DNA of 64,000 nt from Hemiscyllium ocellatum (lineage: Eukaryota). This document shows positions 39,927 through 51,597 of the stretch, one piece after another. How positions within the stretch are numbered: position 1 is the stretch's first letter; each line of letters begins with the position of its first letter. The stretch covers positions 62,001 to 126,000 of the forward strand of contig NW_026867508.1 of assembly GCF_020745735.1 (NCBI RefSeq), given 5' to 3'. The translations under genes and the position numbers were made by a program. The notes under the pieces were generated by a model. The model worked only from the letters and a program-made list of their open reading frames with translations. It searched no databases and was not told the origin of the DNA.

Positions 39927-42900
39927 TCACCATGTAAAATTAGTGATAGTAGTGAAAGGACACATGAGCAGCTTTTTCATCTCTTCTCTAAACTTGGTCT
40001 GGGAAACCACATAAATGAAGACATTATTGCAGGAACTAAGTATCTGTAGCATGTTGGTCGTTTCTTGAAGAATAATATCAGGGTTACTGGAATCCAAGCC
40101 GTTGAAGTAACCTTCACCTACCAATTGCACGTAAAGGTAACGTCCAACATAAGTGGACCAAAGGAGGAGGAAACTGATCGAGATGGCAAAGAGCAAGACA
40201 ATGGATCTTTTGCGATTGGCCATCTCAGGGTCTGCACGGTCACCTTCACCCCAAAGTCTTTTGCGGGCTCTGCTAGCTTCTAAGATGTGTATTACAGTTA
40301 ATGTGTTGAGAAGCAGAATGAGAAGAAAAGGGAGAAGTGGTGTTAAAATCTGATCTAGCTTGTCGTAGACCTTCCAGAAGGGCGAAGTATAATAGATTGG
40401 TTTAATGTCACAGAACCAGGGCACCCCGTCCACAATGTACAGCGGCTGAGAGACTAAGTAGAAAGGGACATTCTTGACACAGCTCAGAGAACAAATCGTT
40501 CCTATTACCAGAGTTGCAGTTTTCTTGGTGCAGTATCTGATCTTCAGCTTCTGATAGCTGATTGCCACAAAACGGTCAATGGTGAACGCCACTGTCAGCC
40601 AGACAGAGCCATCTCGTGTAGCATAGACCATCACACTGGTGACTGTACACGCAGGGGTCGTGGACAGGATACTGTTTCTGAAGTAGATGCCACCAATACG
40701 GTTTAGCACACAGCCAGCCATAATGACAAGGAAGTCCGCTATTGTGATTGCCACGAGGTAAAATGTGATGCAGAGAGACAGCCCACATTTTCTTTGACAC
40801 AGGACCACCATCGCCAACAAGTTTGCTATAAGGATAGTAGAGATAGATATATGACAGAATGAATCCCAATCACCAGTTAATTAACCTATCTATTTCGTGA
40901 CTGAAAACCTCAGCTCACCATCTTCGTACATCCTTTTATTACATCATGAGTCCTACTACTACAAAGTTGTTGATTTTATTCAACATTCAGTCATGAATTA
41001 ATCATTTGTACTTACGTTCTTCAGTCCAGTCGGGTAGAGTGCAAATTCAGTTCTCTTTCCACTGAGTCAAATCATTGTGAAGCTCACCAATTTAATCAAA
41101 CACAAAATATTTTTGTCTTATCCAAATCTTTATTAATAATATCATCCATCTTTTCAAGACAATATGTTTGTTTCCTGTCTGGCAGTGCCGGATTTTAATA
41201 ACCCCAAGCTTTAAATTTTCAGTTACAGCCAGAAGTAGGATCACCCCTCACACCGTAAAAGTTCAATTTATCTGCAATTCGACAATATCGCGTTTCATAC
41301 CTCTCAATCAACCTATCAGTGGTTATATGTTTATCTATATACGTAGCAATCTCTGGAAACCGTCTTCAATGTCGCCCCTCATTGTTTATCTTTCTCTTTT
41401 TTTCTTGAAGTTGTTCATTATCATCTAACCTATTGTCCACAGTTGCACCAGCATGTGTCCCTTATTCCTTTTCTCTCCAAATCATGGCTTGCTCGGCTAT
41501 TTCAAACATCAGTTTATCATCAACCAGATTTCTGCCTGTCTGCTGCCACATATGGACAAGACTCGGTAACAATAGTAACTTTTGCTCTTTCAAGGCGCAT
41601 GACTGAAGATGGTATTTGGTACACACCACATTAATTTCATTGGCATCATTAGATATTTCTTTTTTACAGAATGTCACAGAACCAGGGCACCCCGTCCACA
41701 ATGTACAGCGGCTGAGAGACTAAGTAGAAAGGGACATTCTTGACACAGCTCAGAGAACAAATCGTTCCTATTACCAGAGTTGCAGTTTTCTTGGTGCAGT
41801 ATCTGATCTTCAGCTTCTGATAGCTGATTGCCACAAAACGGTCAATGGTGAACGCCACTGTCAGCCAGACAGAGCCATCTCGTGTAGCATAGACCATCAC
41901 ACTGGTGACTGTACACGCAGGGGTCGTGGACAGGATACTGTTTCTGAAGTAGATGCCACCAATACGGTTTAGCACACAGCCAGCCATAATGACAAGGAAG
42001 TCCGCTATTGTGATTGCCACGAGGTAAAATGTGATGCAGAGAGACAGCCCACATTTTCTTTGACACAGGACCACCATCGCCAACAAGTTTGCTATAAGGA
42101 TAGTAGAGATAGATATATGACAGAATGAATCCCAATCACCAGTTAATTAACCTATCTATTTCGTGACTGAAAACCTCAGCTCACCATCTTCGTACATCCT
42201 TTTATTACATCATGAGTCCTACTACTACAAAGTTGTTGATTTTATTCAACATTCAGTCATGAATTAATCATTTGTACTTACGTTCTTCAGTCCAGTCGGG
42301 TAGAGTGCAAATTCAGTTCTCTTTCCACTGAGTCAAATCATTGTGAAGCTCACCAGTTTAATCAAACACAAAATATTTTTGTCTTATCCAAATCTTTATT
42401 AATAATATCATCCATCTTTTCAAGACAATATGTTTGTTTCCTGTCTGGCAGTGCCGGATTTTAATAACCCCAAGCTTTAAATTTTCAGTTACAGCCAGAA
42501 GTAGGATCACTCCTCACACCGTAAAAGTTCAATTTATCTGCAATTCGACAATATCGCGTTTCATACCTCTCAATCAACCTATCAGTGGTTATATGTTTAT
42601 CTATATACGTAGCAATCTCTGGAAACCGTCTTCAATGTCGCCCCTCATTGTTTATCTTTCTCTTTTTTTCTTGAAGTTGTTCATTATCATCTAACCTATT
42701 GTCCACAGTTGCACCAGCATGTGTCCCTTATTCCTTTTCTCTCCAAATCATGGCTTGCTCGGCTATTTCAAACATCAGTTTATCATCAACCAGATTTCTG
42801 CCTGTCTGCTGCCACATATGGACAAGACTCGGTAACAATAGTAACTTTTGCTCTTTCAAGGCGCATGACTGAAGATGGTATTTGGTACACACCACATTAA

Positions 42901-43688
42901 TTTCATTGGCATCATTAGATATTTCTTTTTTTTAATGCCACATTCCTTTACGAAATGCAAATATGGGCAAATATCTCCTAATGACATAAATAGATTCCAT
43001 AACAAATTAAAATCTCTTACGAACACTCATAATTTGCATACAAATCCCAAAACACTTTCTGACATAATATTGATGACACTACAAATCAGAAACGTATTAG
43101 TTTGTAATCCATCCTGCAATAAAAATTACTGTGATCATTAAATGTAGGTTTAATTTGAGCTCGTCCACTACAACAATTTCGTTCTAATAATGCATTTTAA
43201 TTCGTGATTTACGAACCTAAGATAGAAATTTCTCCAGAAAACACGAAAAGCACCTCGTATGTTACCACATTGGAATTTAACTTGACTTTTAACAACTTTG
43301 CAGTTTAATATTCATGCAAAAACATGTATTACAACGTAAATTTCACTAACATAGCAAATGGAATTTCTAGAAATTGCTTATGAAACATTAATTAATATCA
43401 TGCACTGTTGCACAATGAAATTACAATTTCTATGCATATTCAGCATAAAGCTTTGTAACATATAATGCACCTATGCATACTATAGGCAGGTACTAGCTCC
43501 TAACATTCAAAGAGCGCTGAAAGTTACACAATAATGTAACCCACCACAAAAGATAACATAGAACACATTCGGTGATTTACAGACATAAACGATAACTTAT
43601 CTGTGATTGAAGGCTTACCAAGGGCACCAATCACAGTGAGAAGGGGATAACAAATGGCAAAGAAAGGGGCAATGACTGGCTCATGCAT
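39927..43688 (-). CDS. GPR139-like: Intact two-exon class A GPCR of the GPR139/GPR142-like family, 322 aa (exon 1 43619-43688; exon 2 39927-40825)
   Basis: Exon 1 MHEPVIAPFFAICYPLLTVIGAL plus G|GTAAGC; exon 2 after TATAG acceptor reads ANLLAMVVL...IDRFVAI...PWFCD...FLLLW...SSCNNVFIY...stop; seven hydrophobic segments; phase-1 intron inside TM1, as I recall for vertebrate GPR139. Confidence 0.85.
40404..42936. repeat. 1266-bp tandem duplication inside the GPCR gene
   Basis: ORF pairs 41168/42434, 41443/42709 and 40820/42086 are all offset by 1266; I saw about 2 substitutions between the units. Confidence 0.92.
41664..42091 (-). other. Truncated duplicate of GPCR exon 2 (TM1 to ECL2, ends CDIL*), with an intact acceptor
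   Basis: Matches 40404-40825 shifted by 1266 bp; junction sequence supplies CTG TAA. Confidence 0.85.
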
Positions 43689-44039
43689 CGTCTTTCAGAA
43701 GTTAAGGACGTTCCCGAATCTGTAGTTGCAGTTTCTGCCAATTTCAAATCTTGCCTCATTTATTTTGAGCATGAGTCTCCAAAGGGACAATTCGTGAACA
43801 ACAAGCAGTTTAGCTACATTTCAATGAACAACCTAATTAACTGAAGTTTCCATGTCTTCCATTTGCAACATCGAAAATGTTGATGACCTCATTCACTTTT
43901 TGCCAAACGACTGAATTGAACTCTGCCATTCCGCTTTGCCATTTACAATTATTTTGAAAGTTCCACTGATTGAATATGCTAAGTCGTGATTGTATCGATA
44001 TTGGAAAATTGCGTCTTCCCTCATTGCCATTTCTCAAAT

Positions 44040-44945
44040 ATGATGTGAATTTGCTTGCCATATTAGTTTACACATTATATTGACTGCGAAACATTTTAAT
44101 TTTTCATGCTGTAATCCAACCCCAACTCCGCACCAAATACCATAAACAAGACTGCCACTGTCGGCCCATTGTACCAGCTTGTTCCTGCCCCACAGAACTA
44201 ATTTCCTCCTACCTTGACTCCATCCTCTCTCGCATGTTTGGACCCTGACTACCTGCATCCATGATTCATTTGATGCCCTTGGCCATTTTGTCACGTCCTA
44301 TTTCCCAGTCATAGCTGCCTTTTGTTCACGTTGTTCTTCCCCTCTACACCTTCATTTCCCCACCAGGATGGACTGAGAGCTTCCAGATTCTTAGTGCTCG
44401 AGAGGAATAAACAATCCCCATTCACCAGAACTCCCCTTCTATTGACAGAGCGTTCTCTCTTATTAACATGGATTTCTTCTTTCATAACTGTGGATTCCAG
44501 GCTACTATGTTTAACGGGGCCGTCAAAAGCACACCCCTTGTTCTCAATTTTCATCCCATAAGTGTCTTCATTCAACGAATTATTCTCCGTGATTACAGAT
44601 AACTGCAACAGAACACTCAGAAAAACGCATCATTCGTTCAATTCCCCCCTCTGCATTTCGCCGGGGCACCTGAGACCACTCCTTGACCAATAACACCAAC
44701 CCCACATCCCATGTAAGAGCAAAAATTGCTGCAACTACCCCCTCACCTCCTCCCTGTTCCACACGCAATGGTTGAAGCATAATTTCAACTGGAATTGCTC
44801 CAATCTATTGTATTTTCTATATCAAGTATAGCCTATCCTACATTGGAGAAAGCAAATTAAGACTTGGTCTGATACTTGATACTTGGTCTGTATCAATAAT
44901 AGCCTATCCTACACTGGAGAAAGTAAATTAAGACTTGGCCAGATT
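44040..44945 (+). mobile_element. Penelope-like element remnant (RT C-terminus and GIY-YIG), with a ~70-bp internal tandem duplication at the 3' end
   Basis: SNLLY....SYIGESKLRLG; TATCAA..AGCCTATCCTACA.TGGAGAAAG.AAATTAAGACTTGG occurs twice. Confidence 0.65.
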
Positions 44946-45329
44946 GGGAAAGAGCAGATAATTCTTCCCCTAAAGGACTTTACTAAACTAGATGTGTCTT
45001 TTTTATTATTTAATTAACAAAAAGTAGTGCTTATTTGGCTATCATTAGACTAATCTTTGTTTATCCCCGAATTCAATGTTTTGCCATTTGCTATTTTAAC
45101 CCACCCTGCTGAAATGTTACTAATCCAGTGTCATATCACTACCTCAGCATCCTTTGCTAAATTGCACGATATTTTGTGGTGCAATTCAAGAACTGCACTA
45201 AGTATATAAACATGCCTCATTGAGTACATAAAGGAGTAACATTTCCATGTTCTGCAGTCATTTCATTTCCTGGCACTTCAGTCACACCTGAAAGTGTCAG
45301 TTTTAGTCAGGGATTTCATAGATCCCGTG

Positions 45330-45620
45330 TAGTGTGAAAAGATGGTAGTAGGCCCAACAAATCCATAGCGACACTGCGAAGAGTAACTCACCCAGGCACA
45401 TTCCCTTACTCTGTATTTCCCCTGACTAGTGCACCGAATCTGCACACCACTGACCACTATGGTCTCATTCATCTCAACTGAACATCTTTGGACTGTGGGA
45501 GTAAACCGGTGCACCTGGACGAAACCCACACAGATACGGGGAGAACGTGAATATTCCACACAGGCAGTAGCTCGATGGTATAATCAAACCCGTGCAACCG
45601 TATCACTCACCACTTAGGCA
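45330..45620 (-). mobile_element. HE1/V-SINE-like element
   Basis: Reverse complement of the same core. Confidence 0.7.
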
Positions 45621-46267
45621 ATGAGTCGCTGTACTGTGTTTACACTTTTTCTAACTACCCACATGTTTCTTGTGATCTCGTGAAACAATAACTGGATGAA
45701 TAGTTTGCTGTGAAACTGGTAAGTAATATAGTTATCATTACAAAACACGATCACAGAATTTTCATTTAATACGATTATAAATGACCTTCAGAAAATATTT
45801 ACTACACTACTCCAGCCTTCAGTAAGGCAGCAGATTTGATGCGAATATTGATTTCTTTAAGAGCAAAGGATTTCTCTTTTTCATCCACATTCTATTTCGT
45901 TCAAAGAGTAGTCAACCGACTTCTGCAGTGACAATTGTGAAATAATATCGGTCCACATCTTGCAAACCTCCTTACGTTGCACATTTAAGACATTCCCTCG
46001 AAGTGATCCGAAAGTCAATATGGACCTCAGTCTCGTTTGAAGAGATTATATTTCCAACAACGTCATGTCCGTGCTGCATTGGCTATCGGCATTGTATTGT
46101 TTTGTAAGTGGTTGAATTATTGATTTTATATCTTTAAAGTGAGATTTGAAACTTCCACATTATAATTCACGTGAACAAAATAAATTTCAGGTGAGCCACC
46201 CGGATCGAGAACAAACAGCATAAAGAAGGAGAGAACAATGAAGTTATTTGAAAATGTTATTTATTTC

Positions 46268-46950
46268 TCATAGTTTCATGGAAGAATTGACGGTGACATT
46301 AGAACTGAATATCAGTTTTCTCGACTCCGCTCTGAACCTTTTCTTGATTATCAATTAGACACTATTGCAGGAGCTGTGTACTGGGAAGATATTCATCTTC
46401 TCTGAAAGGATTTACTGCGGTCATTGAAATCCAGACCATTTATGTTGAGTTCATCTGGAATATGTACGTACCGATTATTTCCAGCAAAACTGATCTACGG
46501 AGTGAGGAAGCTTAGAGAGATAACGAAGTACAGAAAAATTGATAACTTGTGGTTGCACAGCTCCGGGTCTTTGTGGTTATCATTTCAGAAACATCTCCTT
46601 CGGGCTTGGCTGACTGCAATGATATGTTTGACGATCACATCATTGGAGGACTGAATGAGAAGGAATGACAGAAATGGTGTAGAAATGTGGTCCAGTTGTG
46701 GTCGCCCTGCCAGGCACGTGACGTGTAAAAACTAGACCCGATACCAGAGAATCAGGCATGATATTCAGGATGTTTAAGAGTCTGGAATTGTGTTAGAAAT
46801 GAACTTCCTTGATGCTGCTCAGTTGACTAACTATTCATTTGGCTAGCAGTACAGTTTTCACCGTGCAGTATCCGGTCTTCAGTTTCTGGCAGCAAATATC
46901 CACATAACGTTCAACAGTGAAGGCCACCATCAGCCACATAGAACAATTAC
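46268..46950 (-). pseudogene. GPR139-like GPCR pseudogene, TM3 to C-terminus only
   Basis: CSMWLMVAFTVERYVDICCQKLKTGYCT...LDHISTPFLSFLLI..NDVIVKHIIAVSQARRR...DPELCNHK..SIFLYFVISLSFL...NGLDFND...KRFRAE, with stops and frameshifts. Confidence 0.85.
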
Positions 46951-47131
46951 AATTACAAGAACATTGCAAGAACATGAAGCTACAGCTAAAATACCGAGTA
47001 AATTGTTCTGCTGGAGTGAGCGGCACTTAAGCAAAATGGTTCATTCACCTGGTGGGAAGCCATAGTAAAGAAAATGGCTTCCACAGGTTCATTCAATGAG
47101 TGATTTCCATTCCTCTCACCTGGTGTGTCAG

Positions 47132-47460
47132 ATTTCAACCATGGAGTTTCTGTGATCCAGCGGGTGTCCTCACTCGCACAGACAGAGGGAGAAAATGCCA
47201 CTTTAAGCTGCAACCACACTGGCGATGGTTATTACTTACTCTGGTACCTTCAGAACCCAGCCAGACTGCCGGAGTTCACTGTCCATTCGTGCTGAAGTGA
47301 AGGTGGATTTCGCTCAGATCTGGTTTTCTGATGCTGTCCAACAGTTGTACTAGTCGTGCTAATTAACTCTCTCTGAGCTTTTGGCACCGGACACTACCGT
47401 CAATTAATGAGCAATGCGTCTTACAGTGAAGCGTCTGAGCAAGAGCCACGTGTAATAACT
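47132..47460 (+). pseudogene. TCR V pseudogene, plus strand (copy 2), with decayed 23-RSS
   Basis: DFNHGVSVIQRVSSLAQTEGENATLSCNHTGDGYYLLWYLQNPARLPEF, frameshift, LTLSELLAPDTTVN**AMR; RSS TACAGTG-23-GTAATAACT (47422-47460). Confidence 0.87.
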
Positions 47461-47975
47461 GCTGCAGGTTTCTGGGTCACAGCTGCTGCCTGTTGAGAGC
47501 TGTTCATAAGAACGTGTCAGATACTGGCACTTCAGAACATTGATATGAAGGAAAACTTCCGGAGGACAATCACATAAACAGCATTTAACATGCTGCACAA
47601 CAAATCCCGATTCAAGTATTTGTACTGGCCGTGTGAATGCCGAATTTGTTGTTGGTTATTTGGGACTCTGTGGGAATTAACCACTTCTGTTCATTGAGTA
47701 AATAAAATCTGCAACTGATATGTCACTAATCCGGACCATATACACTGTGTTGAAAATAAATAGATCAAATAATTTTCGATTTGAATTCCGGGAGTACAGT
47801 ACAGAGGGCAACCCAAGAAATCCCTAAAAGTTACATTACTCTGATTGATCACTTCCTTACATTAAACATTAACACTTTAAAAACTAAGAAGCCACAATAC
47901 AACAAAGTAAATAGGGGGTGGGGGGCGGGGTATATTCGGGATATTATAAGAATTTAATGAACCGTGATGTTCATG

Positions 47976-48610
47976 TGTAATGGCCCCGGCCAAATCCCTC
48001 CCGGGATTTCAAGGGAGCCCATATTCTAACTTTTCTAGTTATTTTGAGCAGGTGTACAAATGGATATTCCAGGAGTGACGCAGGTGATCAAAATCCCTCG
48101 GGTTTTAAACAGAACAGAATTTATTTATGAAACACAAACAAAAGAGAACCGAATGATTTAAACTCTCCGAAATCTCAGCAGACAATGCCAACTTAATCAT
48201 CCTGTTACAAATGCAGTCGCCACAAACACCCTCTTGGGAAAACAGTAAAATAAGACATAGATTCTTACAAGAGAGGGAGAACGCACAGATATTTATCATG
48301 AAACTTTGATGTATTTTTGCTGTTCCTTTGGATTCTCCGGTTTAAACTGACCAGCAGCTCTGAACAGCCAGACTGCTGAAACCAGTAAAGCAGAGGTGAG
48401 AGAACTGGCTATATCCTTTCATTGTACAAATACTTGTTTTAACAAAAAACTTGAAATTCTTTTATCTCAGTCAGTATTTGTTAGATATAACCAAATTGGC
48501 CCTAGATCCCATACAAAACAAACAAACCGGAATCGAAATGTTTTTTGAACCCTGTAATAAAAAAAAAGACAACCTAACCTTGAGAAAGGAGCAGCATCCA
48601 CAAATGGTAA
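47976..48610 (-). mobile_element. Solo LTR, second family (duplicated copy)
   Basis: Colinear with 23599-24230. Confidence 0.6.
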
Positions 48611-49119
48611 TAATCCGAGAGGAAAAACACATTTTGTCTTGTTTTCTTAATATTGACTGAATGTAAAAGTCAAACTGAAAAAAAAGCATTCGTGCTTTAA
48701 AACATGAGAAGTGCTTTTGGAAATGAGAACTCAGCAGGACGTGAATAAAAAGCATTTATTTTGAGATTTTGTTAACCCATACTGCAGTGCAATCGTGTTG
48801 CAGTTACATATTCATTCACGACTGGAAAACAGTGTCAGTTTCGATATTTCAGGAAGTTGTTTTGTTACAAAGGTTTTTGTTCGTAAATTATTAAAAATCA
48901 TTTAATAACAAATGTGCATCATGTACAGAATGTATTTGATATAAATGGAGCGGAAGAAGCTTCCCCCATGCTGCACCTGTCACTCTCTGATTGTTAAATA
49001 TTTGTATACATTTCAAATCAATGCTTTTTAAAAGATAATTTTGGAATTCCTAGTCTTCTCAGTAGTTTGCACACAATTACCATCTACCCGATTCCACTCA
49101 CCTTGCCCTATTACAGGAG

Positions 49120-49158
49120 TGTTTTTGTACGAGACTTCCTCTGGTTTCTGTCACAGTG
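49120..49158 (-). other. Recombination signal sequence (23-bp spacer) of V2
   Basis: CACTGTG-23-ACAAAAACA, identical to the V1 RSS. Confidence 0.92.
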
Positions 49159-49690
49159 TCTCTGAGCACACAGTAATACACTGCGCTGTCAGACAGAAGT
49201 AGCTCGTCGATGGTGAAATTCCCCTCACGTTTTGTAATATCCAACGATACGGAAAACCGAGTCCCCACACCTTTGGTTCTGAAAACATAACCGGATTGAA
49301 GGATGTAGATCAAGAATGTTGCAGATTCACCCGTGCCTTGACGGTACAGCTGTATGGAATATGAATTAGCTGCTTTGATTGAATAACTGAAGTTAATGGT
49401 TACCGATTCTCGTTCAAACTGTTTTGTTGTAGTTGGCTCCTGCGAGACCGAATCTGCAGAATTAACACCTGCAGAAATTTCAAAATAATAGTGAGTTCAG
49501 TTTTGAATTATATTTTTATTCCAATGTGTCACAGAGATAACAGAACATATTGCAAGTACAATGAAAACACTGTTACATGGGAGGTCAAGTGTATATATCA
49601 AGGAGAAGTCAACATTTTTTGCAACTTGGTGAACTTACCAGTGCAGAGAACTGCCGCTATAGTCAATATATAAAATGTAACTGCAGACAT
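49159..49690 (-). CDS. TCR alpha/delta-like V gene segment V2 (leader exon 49639-49690, V exon 49159-49468); open frame, same non-canonical residues as V1
   Basis: Leader MSAVTFYILTIAAVLCT plus G|GTAAGT; acceptor CAG at 49469; V exon GVNSADSVSQEP...VTINFSYS...SIQLYRQ...RFSVSLDITKREGNFTIDELLLSDSAVYYCVLRD; 12 nt differences from V1 over 310 nt. Confidence 0.9.
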
Positions 49691-50615
49691 GTTTGCAGAG
49701 TAGTTGGTGGGTTTGAACAGAAGGAATTGAAACTCAAACGTTTAGGTTAAGGTCGAGGTTTCACAGACGAAGCTGAAGCCGAGTCCTTTCAACTTATATT
49801 TGATGTTGAGTTATATCCTGCCTCAGTGCTAATTGGTTTATTCCTGGTGATTACCAGGTGACACCCAATCTGTTTTTCAATGCAGTCTCCTACGTCACAG
49901 ATCTTTCTGCAAGAACGCAGTATCTGAGCTGAAGGAAGCCACTTGGCTCTTCAAGCATGGTCCTCATTGCTGATCTGCCTCACATAAAATTTTCTGCATT
50001 ATTCACGAATCCGTTTGTTTGCAGTACTCCCTGTGAGTGTAAAGTAAACTGATGAACAGAGCAAGTATTCGCTTGGTGCACAAAATTTTCAATTCATTTC
50101 TAACACTCTGACAGGTTTAACTTCTGATTAGTTTTGATGAGGGGTAATACTGAATGATGTTATGTTATCTGTGCTAGGGTCTTCCCTGAAAATATGTGGC
50201 CATTGATCATGAAAAATGCCCGCTGCTGGGAATATTTTATGTAAAATGGCGCATATTCTGAACCTCAGAATAAGCTTCTGCTCGAAATCTAGTCTTTGCT
50301 ATGTCAAGGTAGATATTTCTAAAAACACATCAAAAGGATGGGAATGAAAATAGCGAAAATAGCGAAATTGATATAGAGGATAATCCATGATAATATGGCA
50401 CAACGGACTCAAACAGATGCGTGGCCTACTCCGAGTCTCTTTGATACCGAATGTATTACCAATGCACAATACAGATCAAATGTCTAATTCAAAGAAAGGG
50501 GCGAGAGTGTTTAGCTTGTTTTAGTTACGCCTGATTGCACCTTTGTATCAGTGTGGACCTGCTTGTATGAGAATTGATTGTCAGAGATAAGAGCACGATC
50601 CAATCTCAAAGGAAT

Positions 50616-51553
50616 TGTAATGGAAAATTACCAAATTTAACATTTCTACCAAATCTGAAATGTTTTCCGAAATTCAAAACTTTTCTGGCAATTTGCAACT
50701 TTGCTGACTGCTGCAGTCCAGAGACAGCTTGTCTCTGTGGAACTTTGTAAACATTGAAACTGGCCTTGTGACCAGTCAATTTCAGATTTGAGCTAAGGGA
50801 AACATAAGAACAGTATGTCCACGACAAAGGAATGAAAAAATAACAATTTGAGTTTTTTCCAGTCTTTGTCCTTGAGACCGTGATAAAATATGATAAGAAG
50901 AATTTCTGAATTATGCTCAAGTGCCCTTGCATGAGACATTTTAGCCATGTGTATTAGTCCCTCTACATGCAGAGGTTAAAATTATTAAAGTTCTTTTTAT
51001 TGCTCTTGCGAACTGTTGAGTCGAGTCAATTTAATTTCCACGACAGTAAACTTGGGGGCTCGTCTCTGGACGCTGCGACTGGGTGGGATTCTGAAGATTC
51101 CCAGGAGGTGTAGGTTCCAGCAGCTTGAAGGTCTTTCACTTCATCTCGAGCGCTAAAATGGTCCCTTTACGTGAGAGGACTGGGAATCTATGGATCGCCC
51201 CAGCGCCTGAGTTCGAATCGAATATGGTCAGGGTAAGAGTCGCGGCCTAAGTAATCCATCACAGAGACGCATTCAAAGTGAATAAATAAAGCAAGAAAAG
51301 GTTTCAGTGAACTCTCGCCATGGTATTTGAGCAAAACCGCAACGGAAGGGGATTGCCCGCTCTAGAATGTTAAGATACAGTGAGTTCATGGGTGGTTTTT
51401 GACTTGGAACAAACACTGCCTGAGTTGGACTCGCAAAGACGTACGGGGTACTTGGTTTCTTGGTTTACAAAAACCAAGACTTTGAGGTGGACGCGCCCAA
51501 TGCAAGAGGAGACCTTTAGAGGTCAAAAGTAAGCAAAAGGGAAATGATAACGG

Positions 51554-51597
<44 letters not shown>

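Larger units (their letters stand above)
46975..51320. repeat. Segmental duplication, copy 2
   Basis: Colinear with 22605-27075; both copies end at CAGTGAACTCTCGCC. Confidence 0.93.

Noticed and set aside
42953-43042. Two opposed octamers (ATGCAAAT and ATTTGCAT)
   Set aside because: About eight octamers are scattered through this AT-rich window with no consistent link to V leaders.
42760-43090. V-like spacing of SVYHQP, DSVTI, IWY, RF and LSD in the GPCR intron (plus strand)
   Set aside because: Both cysteines and the RSS are absent; could be chance in AT-rich DNA.
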